The notes below the pieces were generated by a model, which worked only from the letters and a program-made list of their open reading frames with translations, searched no databases and had not been told where the DNA came from. The position numbers and the translations under genes were made by a program. A stretch of 64,000 bases of DNA, taken from the NCBI GenBank assembly GCA_013265495.1, contig MU058540.1, positions 1,017,696 to 1,081,695 on the forward strand, given 5' to 3'. Positions 49,490-62,140 of the stretch are shown here, piece by piece (within the stretch, counting starts at the first letter, position 1; the number at the start of each line of letters is the position of its first letter). This stretch comes from Vicugna vicugna. Lineage: Eukaryota.

Positions 49490-52400
49490 GATGTGTGTGA
49501 AATATTGGCTTTTATTGGTTGGCACAATATTACAACCTACAATTCCAATGCCCTTCCCTCCCACACAGCTCAAGTGGAAAGAAACTGATTAACATATAGA
49601 AAGGAATAGCACACTCACAGGTTTAAGCATTAGTTTTTACAAAAAGGAGTGAGATATGGGGTGGTGAAACTTCAGGGGGAGTACCAAAGCGCTACCTAGA
49701 CTACAGGAGAAGGGTCTGTCTGTCCTCTGTTGCTGGCACCACATAAGGGGATGCTTTAGTAAGGGGAATGGTTACATGTGGCTGCCCTGTATTAAAGAGG
49801 GGAAAGTGGGACTCTTTCTTATCTGCTATGCATGTCTTGGACCCATACCTGGGTTTTCTTTCCAGCCCTCCTCCACAACCCAACTGTACCCATGGGAAAG
49901 AGAGGTGTGAAGGAAGCCTAAGAACATTCTCCTTGAGAAAAGGACACAGGAAAACAGTGTCCTTTCACCTTCCCTGGACCAATTCCACTCCCCTTAGCTC
50001 CTAAGAGCACTCTGAAGGCCTTCCTTACAAGTGCTGGGAGAGAATGGGGAAGAAGCCAGGCCTGGGCAGGTGGCTCCAAGTGGGCAGGAAGGAAAACTTG
50101 ATTTTCCACGCAGTATCAACCAAGCCTGTTTTAGAAACTAAAACATGGAAAACAAGTCCACGCACCTGTGGGTTGGTAGTTCCTAAGTCCTCGAGCACAT
50201 CTGGATTGGGGTAAGGGCGACATTGTTCCAAACCCTCATTTCACAACGCAGCACCAGGCCCCAAAAGGTTAAAGGACCACAACCAACCCTCCTTCCACAC
50301 AAGCGCCATTCCTCGGATCCCCCAGTTTTTTTTTTAGCTCATTTGGGGTTATTTCTAACACCTTCTCCAAGGATATGTGTACTCATCCCACTGGTTGTCC
50401 ACTTTCTACAAATACAAATACAAAGCACCTTGCCTGACCAGGTGATACCTTATCAGTCTGTAGAATGGTCATCGAGGGACTAGGTGACCTAACCCTGGCA
50501 AGGCTAAGTTGTTTGCTTTTCTGGGTGGTCCTGACAGAAGGAGACAGCAGCAGTTCTGCTGGGATCACAGCTGTCTAGTTTAAGTCTGTGTGATCCCTAG
50601 GGGTCTGGTCCCTGGTGCATGGGCCCCTGGCTCTCTGTCCCAGTTCTGGACACTTGGCCATTTAAGCCTCATTTAAAATGTATGGGCACGAGGGGGAAGG
50701 GACAAAGATTTCTGTCTCTCAGAAAAAGTTAAACTCAATACATCTTAGCTACTTTGCCTCCATCCAAAGGTTTCCCTGGAAATACCTTTTGAACTTGGCC
50801 AAAGGGAAACTGCACCTGGGTGATACACTAGCGACAGGGGAGGAAGCACCCTTAGTTCATCTGTCTTAGAACTGGAATGGCCCCAGGGATTTTAACCCTT
50901 CTGATGCTGATGGTAGATGAGTGGAGTGGAGGTGATCTTGGTGAGGAAACCCCTCAGATAAGCCTTTTGCTGTTTGGAGATCATACCCTACAGCTTAGCA
51001 AACAGAACTAGGGCCTTGTGCTTCCTCAGAGCCCATCCCCTACCCTGAAGAGGCGACAGGGTGGGAGAAAGGACCCTGAAATACACTGGGCTCTTTACAC
51101 AAGAATAAGTGTAAAGATGCTACTAATGGGCTTCCATCTCCTCTCTCTGATACACTTAGGTGGCCAGAGACACCTGCTTTACTTTTACAATGGCTCCCAA
51201 CATCCTCAAATGCTCCTAACTTCCTTAGACACATGGCAAACTGGCAGATACACTGACACTTTACTTATTCTAACCATCAACCTTTCCTTTGATTATAAAC
51301 CAGTTTGAAAGTTTTCAGAACATGAAACAATAAAAACAGATCAGACATGTATGAAACTACATCACATCCTGTATCTCTTTTACAACAGAGTGGACTAACA
51401 GTTCTTCTAACTATGAACTGCAACACTATGTAACTGCCGGGCCCTTGACTCACTCATGAACTTGCGCTTTGAGCAGCACATTTATGTCCAACCATGGGTG
51501 AGTCAAAGGATGAGGTTCTCAGAGACTAAATAAGCAAAATACCTGAAGCAAATTAGATCTTGGAGGAGAGTGTCCCCTTGGATTCTGAGCGAAAAGTGCC
51601 CCAGTCACAAGGGAGGAGGTAAAAGGGCAGGTTTTGTGTCTGTGCACCATGGCCTAGATGCCTACTGCTCCCTTCTGAATCCTTCACGTCCTTGAGAGGC
51701 ATGCAAGCCACCTGCTCGCTGAGTCCTGCCCTCCCCTCAGTGCTTTGGAAGCTCTCCAAGACCTCACTTCCACCTGCCCCCTGTGGAGGCTCTGTGTGGA
51801 GCAGCCCCATTGTTCTGGTTCTGGGTGTCAGTCTCAACCTTCCCTGACGCAACTCCTATCTGTTATGCAGCTGGAACCAAGTAACCACAACTAGGTGTCT
51901 TCTCTGAGTCACTTACTAGTGACATATTTTCTCCACAACAGAGGACACAGACCAAGGTTTAACCCTGAAATGCTATTTTGTTTTCTTTTTCTCCCCATGG
52001 GACAATGACAAGGTGAAAGAGGCGACACGGATCTATTGCTGCTTTAGGTTAACATTTTCAATTTAGCACAAAATTATTCAGAGAGACAGGCTCATATCAG
52101 TATTACTTCCCATAGAGATTTATAGGCAATCTCACTAGAAAAAAAGATTTCCTGAAGGTGGGACACTCCACTCCACACTACAGAGAGGGGAGTACAATCT
52201 CAAGGCCCAGCTTCAGGACTGAGGCATCTTGCTGTTTTCCTAAGGAGTTCCAAAGACTTCAGATTTTGATCTAAATACATGGCTGGGACCCCAAGCCCAG
52301 AAGAGTGATTTTACTTTATTCTTGAAATGCTCCCTGAAAGGTGCACCCCCCAGAAAACAGACTGTAAGCAATTTAATAGGTAATTTGTTCCAGAACCAGA

Positions 52401-55400
52401 ATTTATGTTCCGCAACTCAACGATCTGGGGAATCTTCACATCTGGCCTGGCTGCAGTGGGGGTGAAACGATGGGTGGCACATCAAATGGTGATGAATCTG
52501 GGAAAAATGGCAATATTGCTGTCTTTGTATCAGGGGTTTAAATGCCTTTTTTGGTGTTCTAGTGGCCCCTGTTTGGGGTTAAGAACTGGGAATGTAAACC
52601 AAAGGAGACCTAGAGTATTTAATTAAACAACTGATAGCTAGAGGAACAGAAGCAGTGACTCGCCACCTTCTAGGTATTAATCTTGCATTTTTAGCCAAAA
52701 GCACCTCCTTCTTCAGCAGAGTCCCTCCACTGTGCTGAATTCTGAGTTAATGTGGCTTCCCTTTGTGCTCCCCTTGCCAGGTGGACAGTCTCACTTTCTA
52801 AGACAAGCTCAAGCTCACGCTCACCAAATCATCACTATAAACAAAGCTTTAGGGGAGAGACACCTTTTTCACTTAGAACGCTTCCTGTTGCAGACACATA
52901 AAATCAAATCATGTGACTACTAGTCTCAGTTCAGATCAACACCAAATGAGATTCTTTCTTTCTTTTTATTAATTTTTAAGGGTTAGGAGGACAAACTATT
53001 TGATTAATCTGAGGGAGAGAGGTATTTTTTTAGATGTCCTGATTAGGCTTCTCACACCCCTAAAAGGTTATCAGCTAGTGCAAAAACACTGTCAAAATGT
53101 GAAGCTGCCCTTTCAGAGGCAGGGGCGGAAGGCTTTTAGCCTTCAAAGGAGAGTCTGCCTAAAATCTCCAGGTTCCTAGGACCTGAGGTGACCTCAAGTC
53201 ACCCAATGCAGTATCTTTTATAGAATGCAGCCGTGCTTAGCAGTTCACAATTTACCTGAAAATCTCAAATGTCTCAGCGCTTTAGGTGAAGTCTAGGGCG
53301 ACATGGAAAACACAGCTTTTCTGGACAGTGCGATCTGCTGCAAGGCTCACCCCAGAACACAGAGGCTGACTCTGGGATGCTTTCCCACCTACTCCAAGTG
53401 AGGTGGGTACCTTGATGGAACAAGGATGAGGTCACGAACAGTGATAGCTGCACAACCTGGAAGTCTCCCACAGACTTGGGGAAACAGGTTCCATCCCAGC
53501 AGGGCTCAGAAGGTAAGACTGCCGCCCCAACTGGGCAGAACACACTGCGTGGCCTCAGGTCTGACCTCTCTTGAGTCTTCAAGAATAAGAACTAGAAGAA
53601 TCATCTACATTATTTAATCACTGGTAAATTATCTCCTCTCCCCAGAGCTGCCTGAGTTGACTGTCTTGCATGTCTCCTACTTTTCTGCAAAGATGTGGAT
53701 TATCTTCTGAAATGCAGTTGGGACAAAGATGAAGCTATACTATCAATTATAGCTAACTCTTATTTCTCTTAAAAGCAAAAATTCATTCCACTGTGGAGGC
53801 TTTTCCAGGTATTTCTTCTAATTCTATATCTACTCTCAAGTAGGACGGCTTTGAGAACATTTCAGAAATAAAAATCACACAGTTGTGGCAAAAATCACAT
53901 TGTAGTTATTAAGTCTTTTTTATAAACTAAAAACATATGGCTTGGGCTAAGCTGTTTTTTAAAAACAGATCTGCTGGGGAAACCAACAAAGGCATTAACA
54001 CAGCACTAGATGGAAATGACAAGTATGTTAAGTATAATGTGTGCAACACACACCCAGGTCCAAGAGAAGACCGATTACTCTTCTGGTTGAAGAGGTTTAG
54101 GAGGAGCCCCCAACGAGCACCATATGTGGAGAAGAGAAAGGGGAAGGAGAAAGAGGAAGCACAGTTCTGTGGGGAACTATTCCTTCTAGAATTCTAAAAA
54201 CAAAAGGTGACTTTTTTCTTCTAAGAGACTTTACATGGGCTGACTTCTAACATCAAAACAGAAAATATTTCTCTGCTATGAAGGCAGAGACTATGTGGCA
54301 ACACGTTTGCAAAACTGCAAACGCTCCCGGAGGGCAGTGACCCATTCTGCTCCCCAGAGGCTGCAGGAAGCAAGGCCTCAAGTGCCTCCCTTTCCACACA
54401 CTCCCATTGCAGTGTGGAGGGCGGAAATCCTGCTGTGAAGCCACCTTCTAGGCCCTCCTTGGCCTCAGAGGGGGGTGATCCTCCCACACTCTTTGATCTC
54501 TCCAGATGGCCTCAGCTCAGACTCAGCAGTGAGGAAACCCTCTCCATGCAGGGCAGATGGGGCAGCAGACACTTGTAAAAATAAAACACAGTCAATTCGT
54601 TAACTTTTCCATCTGGTTAGGTTTGCTATGAGAAAAGTCAAGACTCCTGTTTCATGGGCTGAACAGTTCTGAGAGACTACCAAAAAATCTAACACAGCAG
54701 ATTCCAGGTAGCCCTTCTCTTTCTCTTCCATACACGCATGCACACACACAGTCCTGGTCCAAAAAAATGGCATGGTCTCACTGATGCTTCCCCAGAGGCT
54801 GCAATTTATAAGCTAAGAACAAATTTTAATTTAAAAAATCCATTGCTATCCTTCTCTATCCTGAGTATGGTGGATTCTGATGGACACTCTGGTAACAACC
54901 AGAATCTAAGACGTGCAAATTTACTGTGAGAAAGAGACTTTATATCTGTCATGAACACAGGAACCTGTTTCTGTCAAGCCTGAAAAAGCCGAATACTTGC
55001 AGAGTTAATGGCAAATGAAATATTCTGCAAGTAGGGTAAACTTTGTGCTTTCTTTTGTTTCTCCTTGCTTTCTTTGGGGGAAATACAAAGTTACTGCAAC
55101 CTTGCATCCGAGTAATCTATCACAAAAGGGTTGTGACCACACATCAGTAAAGACAGCCAGGATGTTTATGGCGCCAGGGAGGGAAAAACACCAATTGCTG
55201 CTCATCAGAATCCTAGTGTAACAGAACATGGCACCAATTTCAACAATTCTGGTGTTGGACAAAGTCTCCTTTTGTCAGTTAAGAAAGCATCAGCACAACC
55301 TCCCCAGTTAAGTGCATTAATGGGATCTATTCATGTCACTGAAAAATACTTCTTGGCACAGTTCACTTTCCTGATCCAAAGACGCCAACAACTATCCAAA

Positions 55401-57613
55401 CTGGATGTGGTAGGGTAGTGCACTGTTACACTCATCCAGTGAAAGTATCTTCATTAAAAAAACACACAAACTACTAACATTGCAGTTCCTATTTCAGAAG
55501 TACTGACTGTTTTCCTGCAAAGCACTTTCAATTCACGTCATAAAGGTAGAATTTATTTGGAAGAATGTGTTTTGGGGATTCCGTTTAGTGCTTGAATTCA
55601 TTTAATTTTCCCCTTTACTTATTTGGACAGAATCTTGGAATGCTCTAAACCAGGCAATAAGCAGCAGTGTGTTCGTTTTTAAGTAGGACATGTGCAGTGA
55701 GTTGGCATTTAGACTCAAATCCCATGGTGCTTTCTATCTACTGGGATCCTTGCTTGGGGATAGAATTCCTTTCCCAGAGGTAGAACGGTATCCTAAGGAA
55801 ACTGCCAGCACTGCTTTTTGGCTCCATATTTCAAGACTGGGAGAAAAGATGCAAACTGAGAACAGAGAGCAAAAAATTAAAGTTCATCAACTGATGTCAG
55901 CCAAAATGAACACTAAATGACACAGGCCTACCAGATACATACATTTCTTTTAGGGAGGGAAGAGCAAAAGCTTTTCAAAGTTTGAGTATTTATTAGAATT
56001 TTTAAATAAAGAGAACTACAATTTTAATTTCACATCTTGGCTACGCTTTGACAAAGGAGATGCCACTAAGAGTATAGCAACAAACTCCTGTCCCAAGCCA
56101 GGGACTGATCAGTGCTGCCCCCCTCCCCACCCTCCCCCTCCTGTCTCAAGACCCTTTTCTGCTTACTTCCCAACTAAACAACATAATTGGCAAATGAAGC
56201 CAGCATCAAATCTGTATCAAAAACCAACAAGACAGTTTGCAGTGGGCCAATGCATTACGTAGCTGTTCTAGTAAATGATTAAGCATTCTCCCATACCACT
56301 TCTCAGTGGAAGATGGACCTTCCACATCCCCGTGGGAGACAAATTTAGTATTTCTGAGCATGCTCCATGGTGCAATTACAAATGCTGTAACATTACAAAG
56401 ACAAGCAAACACCTGAATTTTCCTCCTGTGTACTTTTCAGGAACTTAACATGGTTACCCAGAACAGGGACAGGACTGTACAGCTGCACTTGCCAAGTACA
56501 GTTGGATGCTTCAGAGCACAAGGACAATATCCAGTTCAGCACGGTGTAAGGCATGTACGCACAAAGAGAGAGCCCGTTGTCAGCGATAAATAGCATTACG
56601 GAAAAAATTCCAAACCAGCAGGATAGAAACAGTGCTCGATGCTCCAGTTTTTTAGATAATAATCCCAAGAATCCAGTTCAAATCCCTACTGTCAACATGT
56701 AGGGAGGAATTCAATTTCTATCATTGTTTCTCCAGATCTGAGCTGAGGCCATTTGCTCCTGGCTTGGTAATAAAAAAGAAAATATGTTTCTTCCTGTTTC
56801 TTTCTTGGCATGGAAATACAGCTTCGAGAAGAGAAGGCCATGAGTCCTGGGAGCACTATGAAGGTTGCTAATAAACTCTTCCCGTACCCTACATAACTAT
56901 AGTCAATGACTGGGGAAAAGAGAGAGGACAGGGAAACTTACCTAGCCACTAGCATCAAAAACAAAAAAGTAAATTGTGAGGCTCTCCACTTGAGAAACAC
57001 CCCAAATTAAAAAAAATAACAACAACAACAACAACAACAAAAAACCTTGAAAAATTAAACGGTTAAATTCCTCTTCTAAAAGTCATTTATTTACATATTA
57101 TATGCCCAGTATATAATGTGTAGATAAATGTGTCCTGCAGTGAAAGTGACCAACCTACTGGACTTAACACACATTACAGGACAAGTTCTTGAAAGATTTC
57201 ATCTCATATTGGTATCTTTTAATAAAAAAAATTAAAAATCAAAGAAAAATATCTGGCCAGGACTGGCATGAGACAAACAGGAACACTTCAGAATCCAAGG
57301 CAGAGGAAAGGCTGTTTGCCTCTTCAGAGACTTTTAGGGGTGTGAAAAGGGAGAGACAGATCATGCACAAAGTACTTACAAATTACATACCCAACCCCCA
57401 CCCCCTCAATAAAAAGAGAAAAAAAAAAAAAGCCCCATCACTTAACACCAAACAGCAACAATATCAATAAGCCCTTTCTCTGCTGCCCATCATGCCTTAT
57501 TTGAAAGAGGAGGCCTGCGCCTGTAAGGAGAGGTGAAAAGAGCAAGGGTGAGAGGGAAGATCTGCACTTCAGTCTAGTTTCCAATTTCCATTTCTCTTAC
57601 AGGAAGTCTTCAG
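49490..57613 (-). other. NUDT3: NUDT3 long 3'UTR with alternative poly(A) sites
   Basis: Repeat-poor stretch after the stop. Minus-strand AATAAA sites include 57086-57091, 55989-55994, 55552-55557 and 49511-49516. The proximal site has a (GTT)n downstream element and the distal one a T-rich element. Confidence 0.65.
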
Positions 57614-57792
57614 TCATCTGATGCCTGGCATTGAGCTCTGAGCAGAAACTGAGTATGTGGTGGCCACAACCGGGGTGCCATTGTTGGCTGAGTAGCCTTG
57701 CCTCAACGTTTCAAAATATGACGCCTGCACTGGTTTGTGATACTGCAGCACTTTGATGGCATCCTCTATTTTAAACCATTCCCTCTTCCTTC
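57614..57792 (-). CDS. NUDT3: NUDT3 (DIPP1, diphosphoinositol polyphosphate phosphohydrolase 1) last coding exon
   Basis: ctccacag|GA AGG AAG; encodes (G)RKREWFKIEDAIKVLQYHKPVQASYFETLRQGYSANNGTPVVATTYSVSAQSSMPGIR*. Confidence 0.96.
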
Positions 57793-58416
57793 CTGTGGAG
57801 GCAGGGAGAAAAAGAAATCAGTACAAAAAGGAAGCAATGGAAGGCTTCTGATCTTATAACTTTTTGAGGAAATGTAGGAAAAAACATGGAAGCAACAGTT
57901 ATCAATATTTTTCTTTTTAAAACTGAAGTACAATTAACCTACACTATGTTAGTTTCAGGTGCACAACATAGTGATTCCCTATTTCTATACATTAGAAAGT
58001 GATCATCATGGTTACCAAAATCAAAAAAAAGATGTATTATATTTCTTCTTGTTTTCTTTTCTTACAGGGGTAATACAAGCAGCTTATATGCTTAAAATAC
58101 TACACAACTGCCTAATGCAGAAAATAGGTAAGAAATAAGAAAACTGAAGAGCTGATAGTAATTGTATGAAACCTGTCCTCCAAGGAAAACCATTTCTAGT
58201 GGTTTCCTCTTGAGCTCCTGGGCCTCTGGGCCTTCCTTGGCTTGTCCATAAGTGCCTGAGGCCCAGCCAGCACCCCCTTCTCCTACAAAAATCAACATGA
58301 GCATCAGCTTCCAGAACTGCCAGGATGGCTGACTTGTAATCAGTTATTTATTTCAAAAAATTTGTATAAGAGTGACATAGCCACAAAAAAGAAAATATAT
58401 TTTTTAAAAAAGAAGA

Positions 58417-58498
58417 GGGGGTGGTATAGCTCAGTGGTAGAGCACATGCTTAGCATGCACAAGGTCCTGGGTTCAATCCCCCAGTACCTCCATTAAAG

Positions 58499-58528
<30 letters not shown>
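58417..58528 (+). mobile_element. tRNA-derived SINE (short form) with a long pure poly(A), in a NUDT3 intron
   Basis: tatagctcagtggtagagcacatgcttagcatgcacaaggtcctgggttcaatccc followed by ~29 A; TSD aaaaaagaaga / aaaaaagagga. Confidence 0.85.
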
Positions 58529-58529
<1 letters not shown>

Positions 58530-58899
58530 AAAAAGAGGAAAAAATAATCCCAACACAATTACTATTAACTTTTCAGTGTATCTTAATTTTTTTTCAAATG
58601 CATGTTTTAAAATCTTTTATTTTTTTTTTCTTACAGAAGTAACAAAAGATCATTGGGCTAAAATTGGGAAAACGGAAGAAAGCATAAAGAATAAGATAAT
58701 TACCCATAATCTTATAAGCCAGAAATAACCACTCTCAATACCTTACTGCATTTGCTTTTCTTTCGTCTTATTTGCAAAGACACAGTAATTGAACAACTAT
58801 AATTACGATCATGCTTTAAGGTGCTCCAAATCCTCAGAGGCTCCGATGAAGTGTTGTTCTTATGAACATGGACACTGAAGCTAATATGCTGGCCTCCAA

Positions 58900-59110
58900 T
58901 CATATCACTGGCTCTAATGAGCTGTGAAGCTTTGGGCAAGTTACTGAACCTCTCTGTGCCCCACTTTCCTCATCTATAAAACAGAGATAATAAATAGTAC
59001 CTATCTCACAAGTCTGTTGTGAGGGTTAATGTGTAAAGCATTCGAACAATACCTGGTACAGAGTACATGCTGTAAGAGTTGCTTTATTATTATTATTATT
59101 GTTATTGCTT
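58900..59110. mobile_element. MIR SINE (similar fragments at ~6250-6380, ~17850-18080 and ~34900-35010)
   Basis: ttgggcaagttactgaacctctctgtgccccactttcctcatctataaaa. Confidence 0.75.
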
Positions 59111-60716
59111 CTTTTCTACCTCACATTGTTTCTTCAGCACTCTTCTCTACTGTAAAAAGTATGCCATTTAATAGCTGCATTATTACATCATAATATCTAG
59201 CATGCATGTAATGTCATTTATTTAACAATTTCCCTATCATTAGACATCACTAGTCTGAAATTTATTTATTATAAATAATGCTACAATTCAAAAAAAATTT
59301 TTTTTTAAACTCTCAGGGAAAGATCCTTAGAACTGAGATGATAAGAAAGAACATTTGAACTCTACAGAGCTTGTGATATATACTGTCAGAGTGCTTTCCG
59401 GAAAGGCTGTACCGATCCCCAGTCCTGCTTGTGTGTGTCAGGATGCTGGCCTCACCACACTCCTGCCAGTACTGTTAATGATTTTTTATCATCGCCAATT
59501 CTTAAGGTGAAAACCAGTACCTCATCTTTGTTTTCATTTCAAATTTCTATTTGAATGTAGCTCTAATTAGCGTATATCTAATCTTATACCCTGTTTTCAT
59601 TCACTAACACGGTTTCATAATCACTTTCCCATGGTATATAGCTTTCAAATGTGTATGTGTAACAGCTGCATAACATTCCATCAGATGAATGGACCTTATC
59701 ATTTGCTGAGTTGTACATTCAAGACCCAATTTTTCATCTGATGAAGGCTCATCTGAAGGAAGGCTTATAAACTTATTCCTCATATTTTAGATCATTTCAT
59801 TAGGGTCAGTTCTCAGAAGTGGTAGTACAAGGCTTATTTGGATATTAGTATAGTAATTGTACCTTAAAAATCAGTATTACAAGTGTGTGACCCCCATCCG
59901 ACAGCGTACTTTGAGGACAGGGCCTCATCACACTGATCTCTCTTTTTTTCAGGCCCCAGCATTGGCTGTCAAGGAATCTATTGTTAATACATCCCATCCC
60001 CACTGAATTATCTATACTTAAGCTTATTGCATTCTTACTAAATACAAAGCAATTAAAAGCTGAAGGGCTATGAAATATCCAGATCAACAATGTGATGGGT
60101 ATGGTGGCAAAGCACATACTAGCAATAAAGGGAGAGGGTTTGGCAAGTGAATTTTGTTGGTTTGTCTATTTATAATAGAAATTAATATTACACTTTTCTA
60201 GAATATACTTTCCTTCAGAGCTAAAAGATTAGACCATGAGCCAACCATTAATCACCTCAATTTTTAGCTCAAAAGATATACACACAATAATGATCTGAGA
60301 TCAAAGGAAATCATTCCTTAGGAGAAAGCTGGGTGTACCCGAAGGGTTACATGAATATAACTGGAAACTACTCTCACTACTCTGAACCTACTATACGACT
60401 CTGGAGAGAGGGGCTCACATCGTCAAATCCAACAATATGAATATGTATCACAAGGAACAGCCAAGGTCTTGTTCTCGTCTGGGATTTGCGGCCAGCAGCA
60501 GGCCTCGCATTGTGGAGGCCTTCATCAATTATCTGCTCAGAAGGATCCAATTTGGTTTTAGAAACAACATGCTTTATTTTTATGAGCCATGTTTCTAATT
60601 GTTGACTATGTACAACCCAACTTTGGCTTCCTTTTAAACATTTCAAAATACTACCTTTCACAAATTCAAAAATGGACATGCCCGTTTAAACACATCCTTC
60701 TGTTATTTCTTTTCTT

Positions 60717-60861
60717 GTTTTGTTTTGTTTGTTTATTTATTTATTTTGGCGGGGAAGGTAATTAAGTTTACTTATTTATTTTTAGAGGAGGTGCCAGGGA
60801 TTGAACCCAGGATCTCGTGCATGCTAAGCACGCACTCTACTGCTTGAGCTACACCCTTCCC
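60717..60861 (-). mobile_element. tRNA-derived SINE (long form), in a NUDT3 intron
   Basis: Perfect 17-bp TSD ctgttatttcttttctt at 60700-60716 and 60862-60878. Confidence 0.88.
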
Positions 60862-60972
60862 CTGTTATTTCTTTTCTTTATCAGGCTCCTGTTTGTGGTT
60901 CTGGGTAATGACCTATGGCATGGCAAGGGCTGGTGTGAGGAGCTCTTTGGAGGCTATCAGGGGCCGACTTAC

Positions 60973-61057
60973 CAATGTTAACTGAGTCTTCCCAGTCTTC
61001 CAGCACTTCCGTGACAATGAGCACATAGACATACGTTCTGTGTTTCCTCTCCTGGTT
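60973..61057 (-). CDS. NUDT3: NUDT3 penultimate coding exon (upstream exons lie beyond the window)
   Basis: ccttcag|AAC CAG...ATT G|gtaagt; encodes NQERKHRTYVYVLIVTEVLEDWEDSVNI(G); phase 1 matches the last exon. Confidence 0.96.
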
Positions 61058-61764
61058 CTGAAGGGCAAAGATAGAAGGGTAAAGGGTTTTTCCTTACAGA
61101 GCTGAGGTTACATAAATGAAACACACTCTTATGCTTAAGTCCAGAGAGCTCAGACACAAGGATTCCTTTTACTTTTTATTGTCCTACAATCAGATATGAA
61201 ATAGTGCCAGCTGGCCTATTTAAAATATGCCACACTTGAATTTGAGGGTGCGCTCTTCACCACTCTCTTTTTTCCTTCTTCCCTGAAGTGCAACTTCTCA
61301 GGAATACTGAGAGAGGGATTCAGGACCCCTTGAGAAAAAGGCACCAAAGTAAATTTAACTTGCTAGAACATCAGAACAGAAGAGACTGGATGGGCAGGGG
61401 CTCCATCAATGCAAGTAAGCTGATTATGTCACACATCTCCCCCTCTCCTACTAACCCTGCTCATCTTCATTCCCTCATTTCTTCTTTCTCCAAATCTCAA
61501 CTCCAGCCTATGTCCTTGCTTCTCTCTCTTTTGCTATAGCTACTTATCTTCTATTTTCCAACTGTCTCCTCTATACTTGTCTATGCCTCCTCACATTTTT
61601 GGAGAAGAGGAAGAGAGGCAAGGATGGGAAAAGCAATTCTTAAAAATAATTCTAGTTGTTTGAGATCATGGGATTTTAAAAAAGAAAGTACGTTATTCTC
61701 TGCTGATGCTGCACTGTTTTGAAAACAAAGTGAAACAAAGATGGCATCTTTCCTAGATTAAGAC

Positions 61765-62140
61765 TGCAGTGGACAATGCATACATCTTCCCAAAATTCAT
61801 ATGATGAAATCCTTATCCCCAAGGTAATGGTGTTAGGAGGCGGGGCCTTAGGGAGGTGACTGGGTTATGACGGAAGACCCTCATGAATGGAATCAGTGCC
61901 CTTATAAAAGAGCCCCAGAGACATTCCCTGTTCTGCCAGGTGAGAAAACAGAGAGAAACAGCTGTCTATGAACCAGGAAGTGGGTCCTAAGCAGACAATG
62001 AATCCGCTGGCGCCTTGATCTCGGAATTTCTAGCTTCTTGAACTTTGAGAAATCAATTTCTACTGTGTATAAGCCACTATGAGAAATCAATTTCTACTGT
62101 TTATGCTATTTTGTTACAGCAGCCTGAATGGACTAAGATA
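61765..62140 (+). mobile_element. MLT1A0-like MaLR solo LTR
   Basis: ccctcatgaatggaatcagtgcccttataaaagag; ends tttgttacagcagcctgaatggactaaga; internal 21-bp duplication at 62046-62066 / 62080-62100. Confidence 0.75.

Noticed and set aside
58417..58495. tRNA-like sequences with A and B boxes (also at ~872, 2499, 23075 and 60717)
   Set aside because: A-rich tails, TSDs and divergence among copies indicate SINEs rather than tRNA genes.
60377..60679. 100-aa sense-strand ORF inside a NUDT3 intron
   Set aside because: No recognisable homology and no pseudogene hallmarks; a chance ORF is likely, though a blastp search would settle it.
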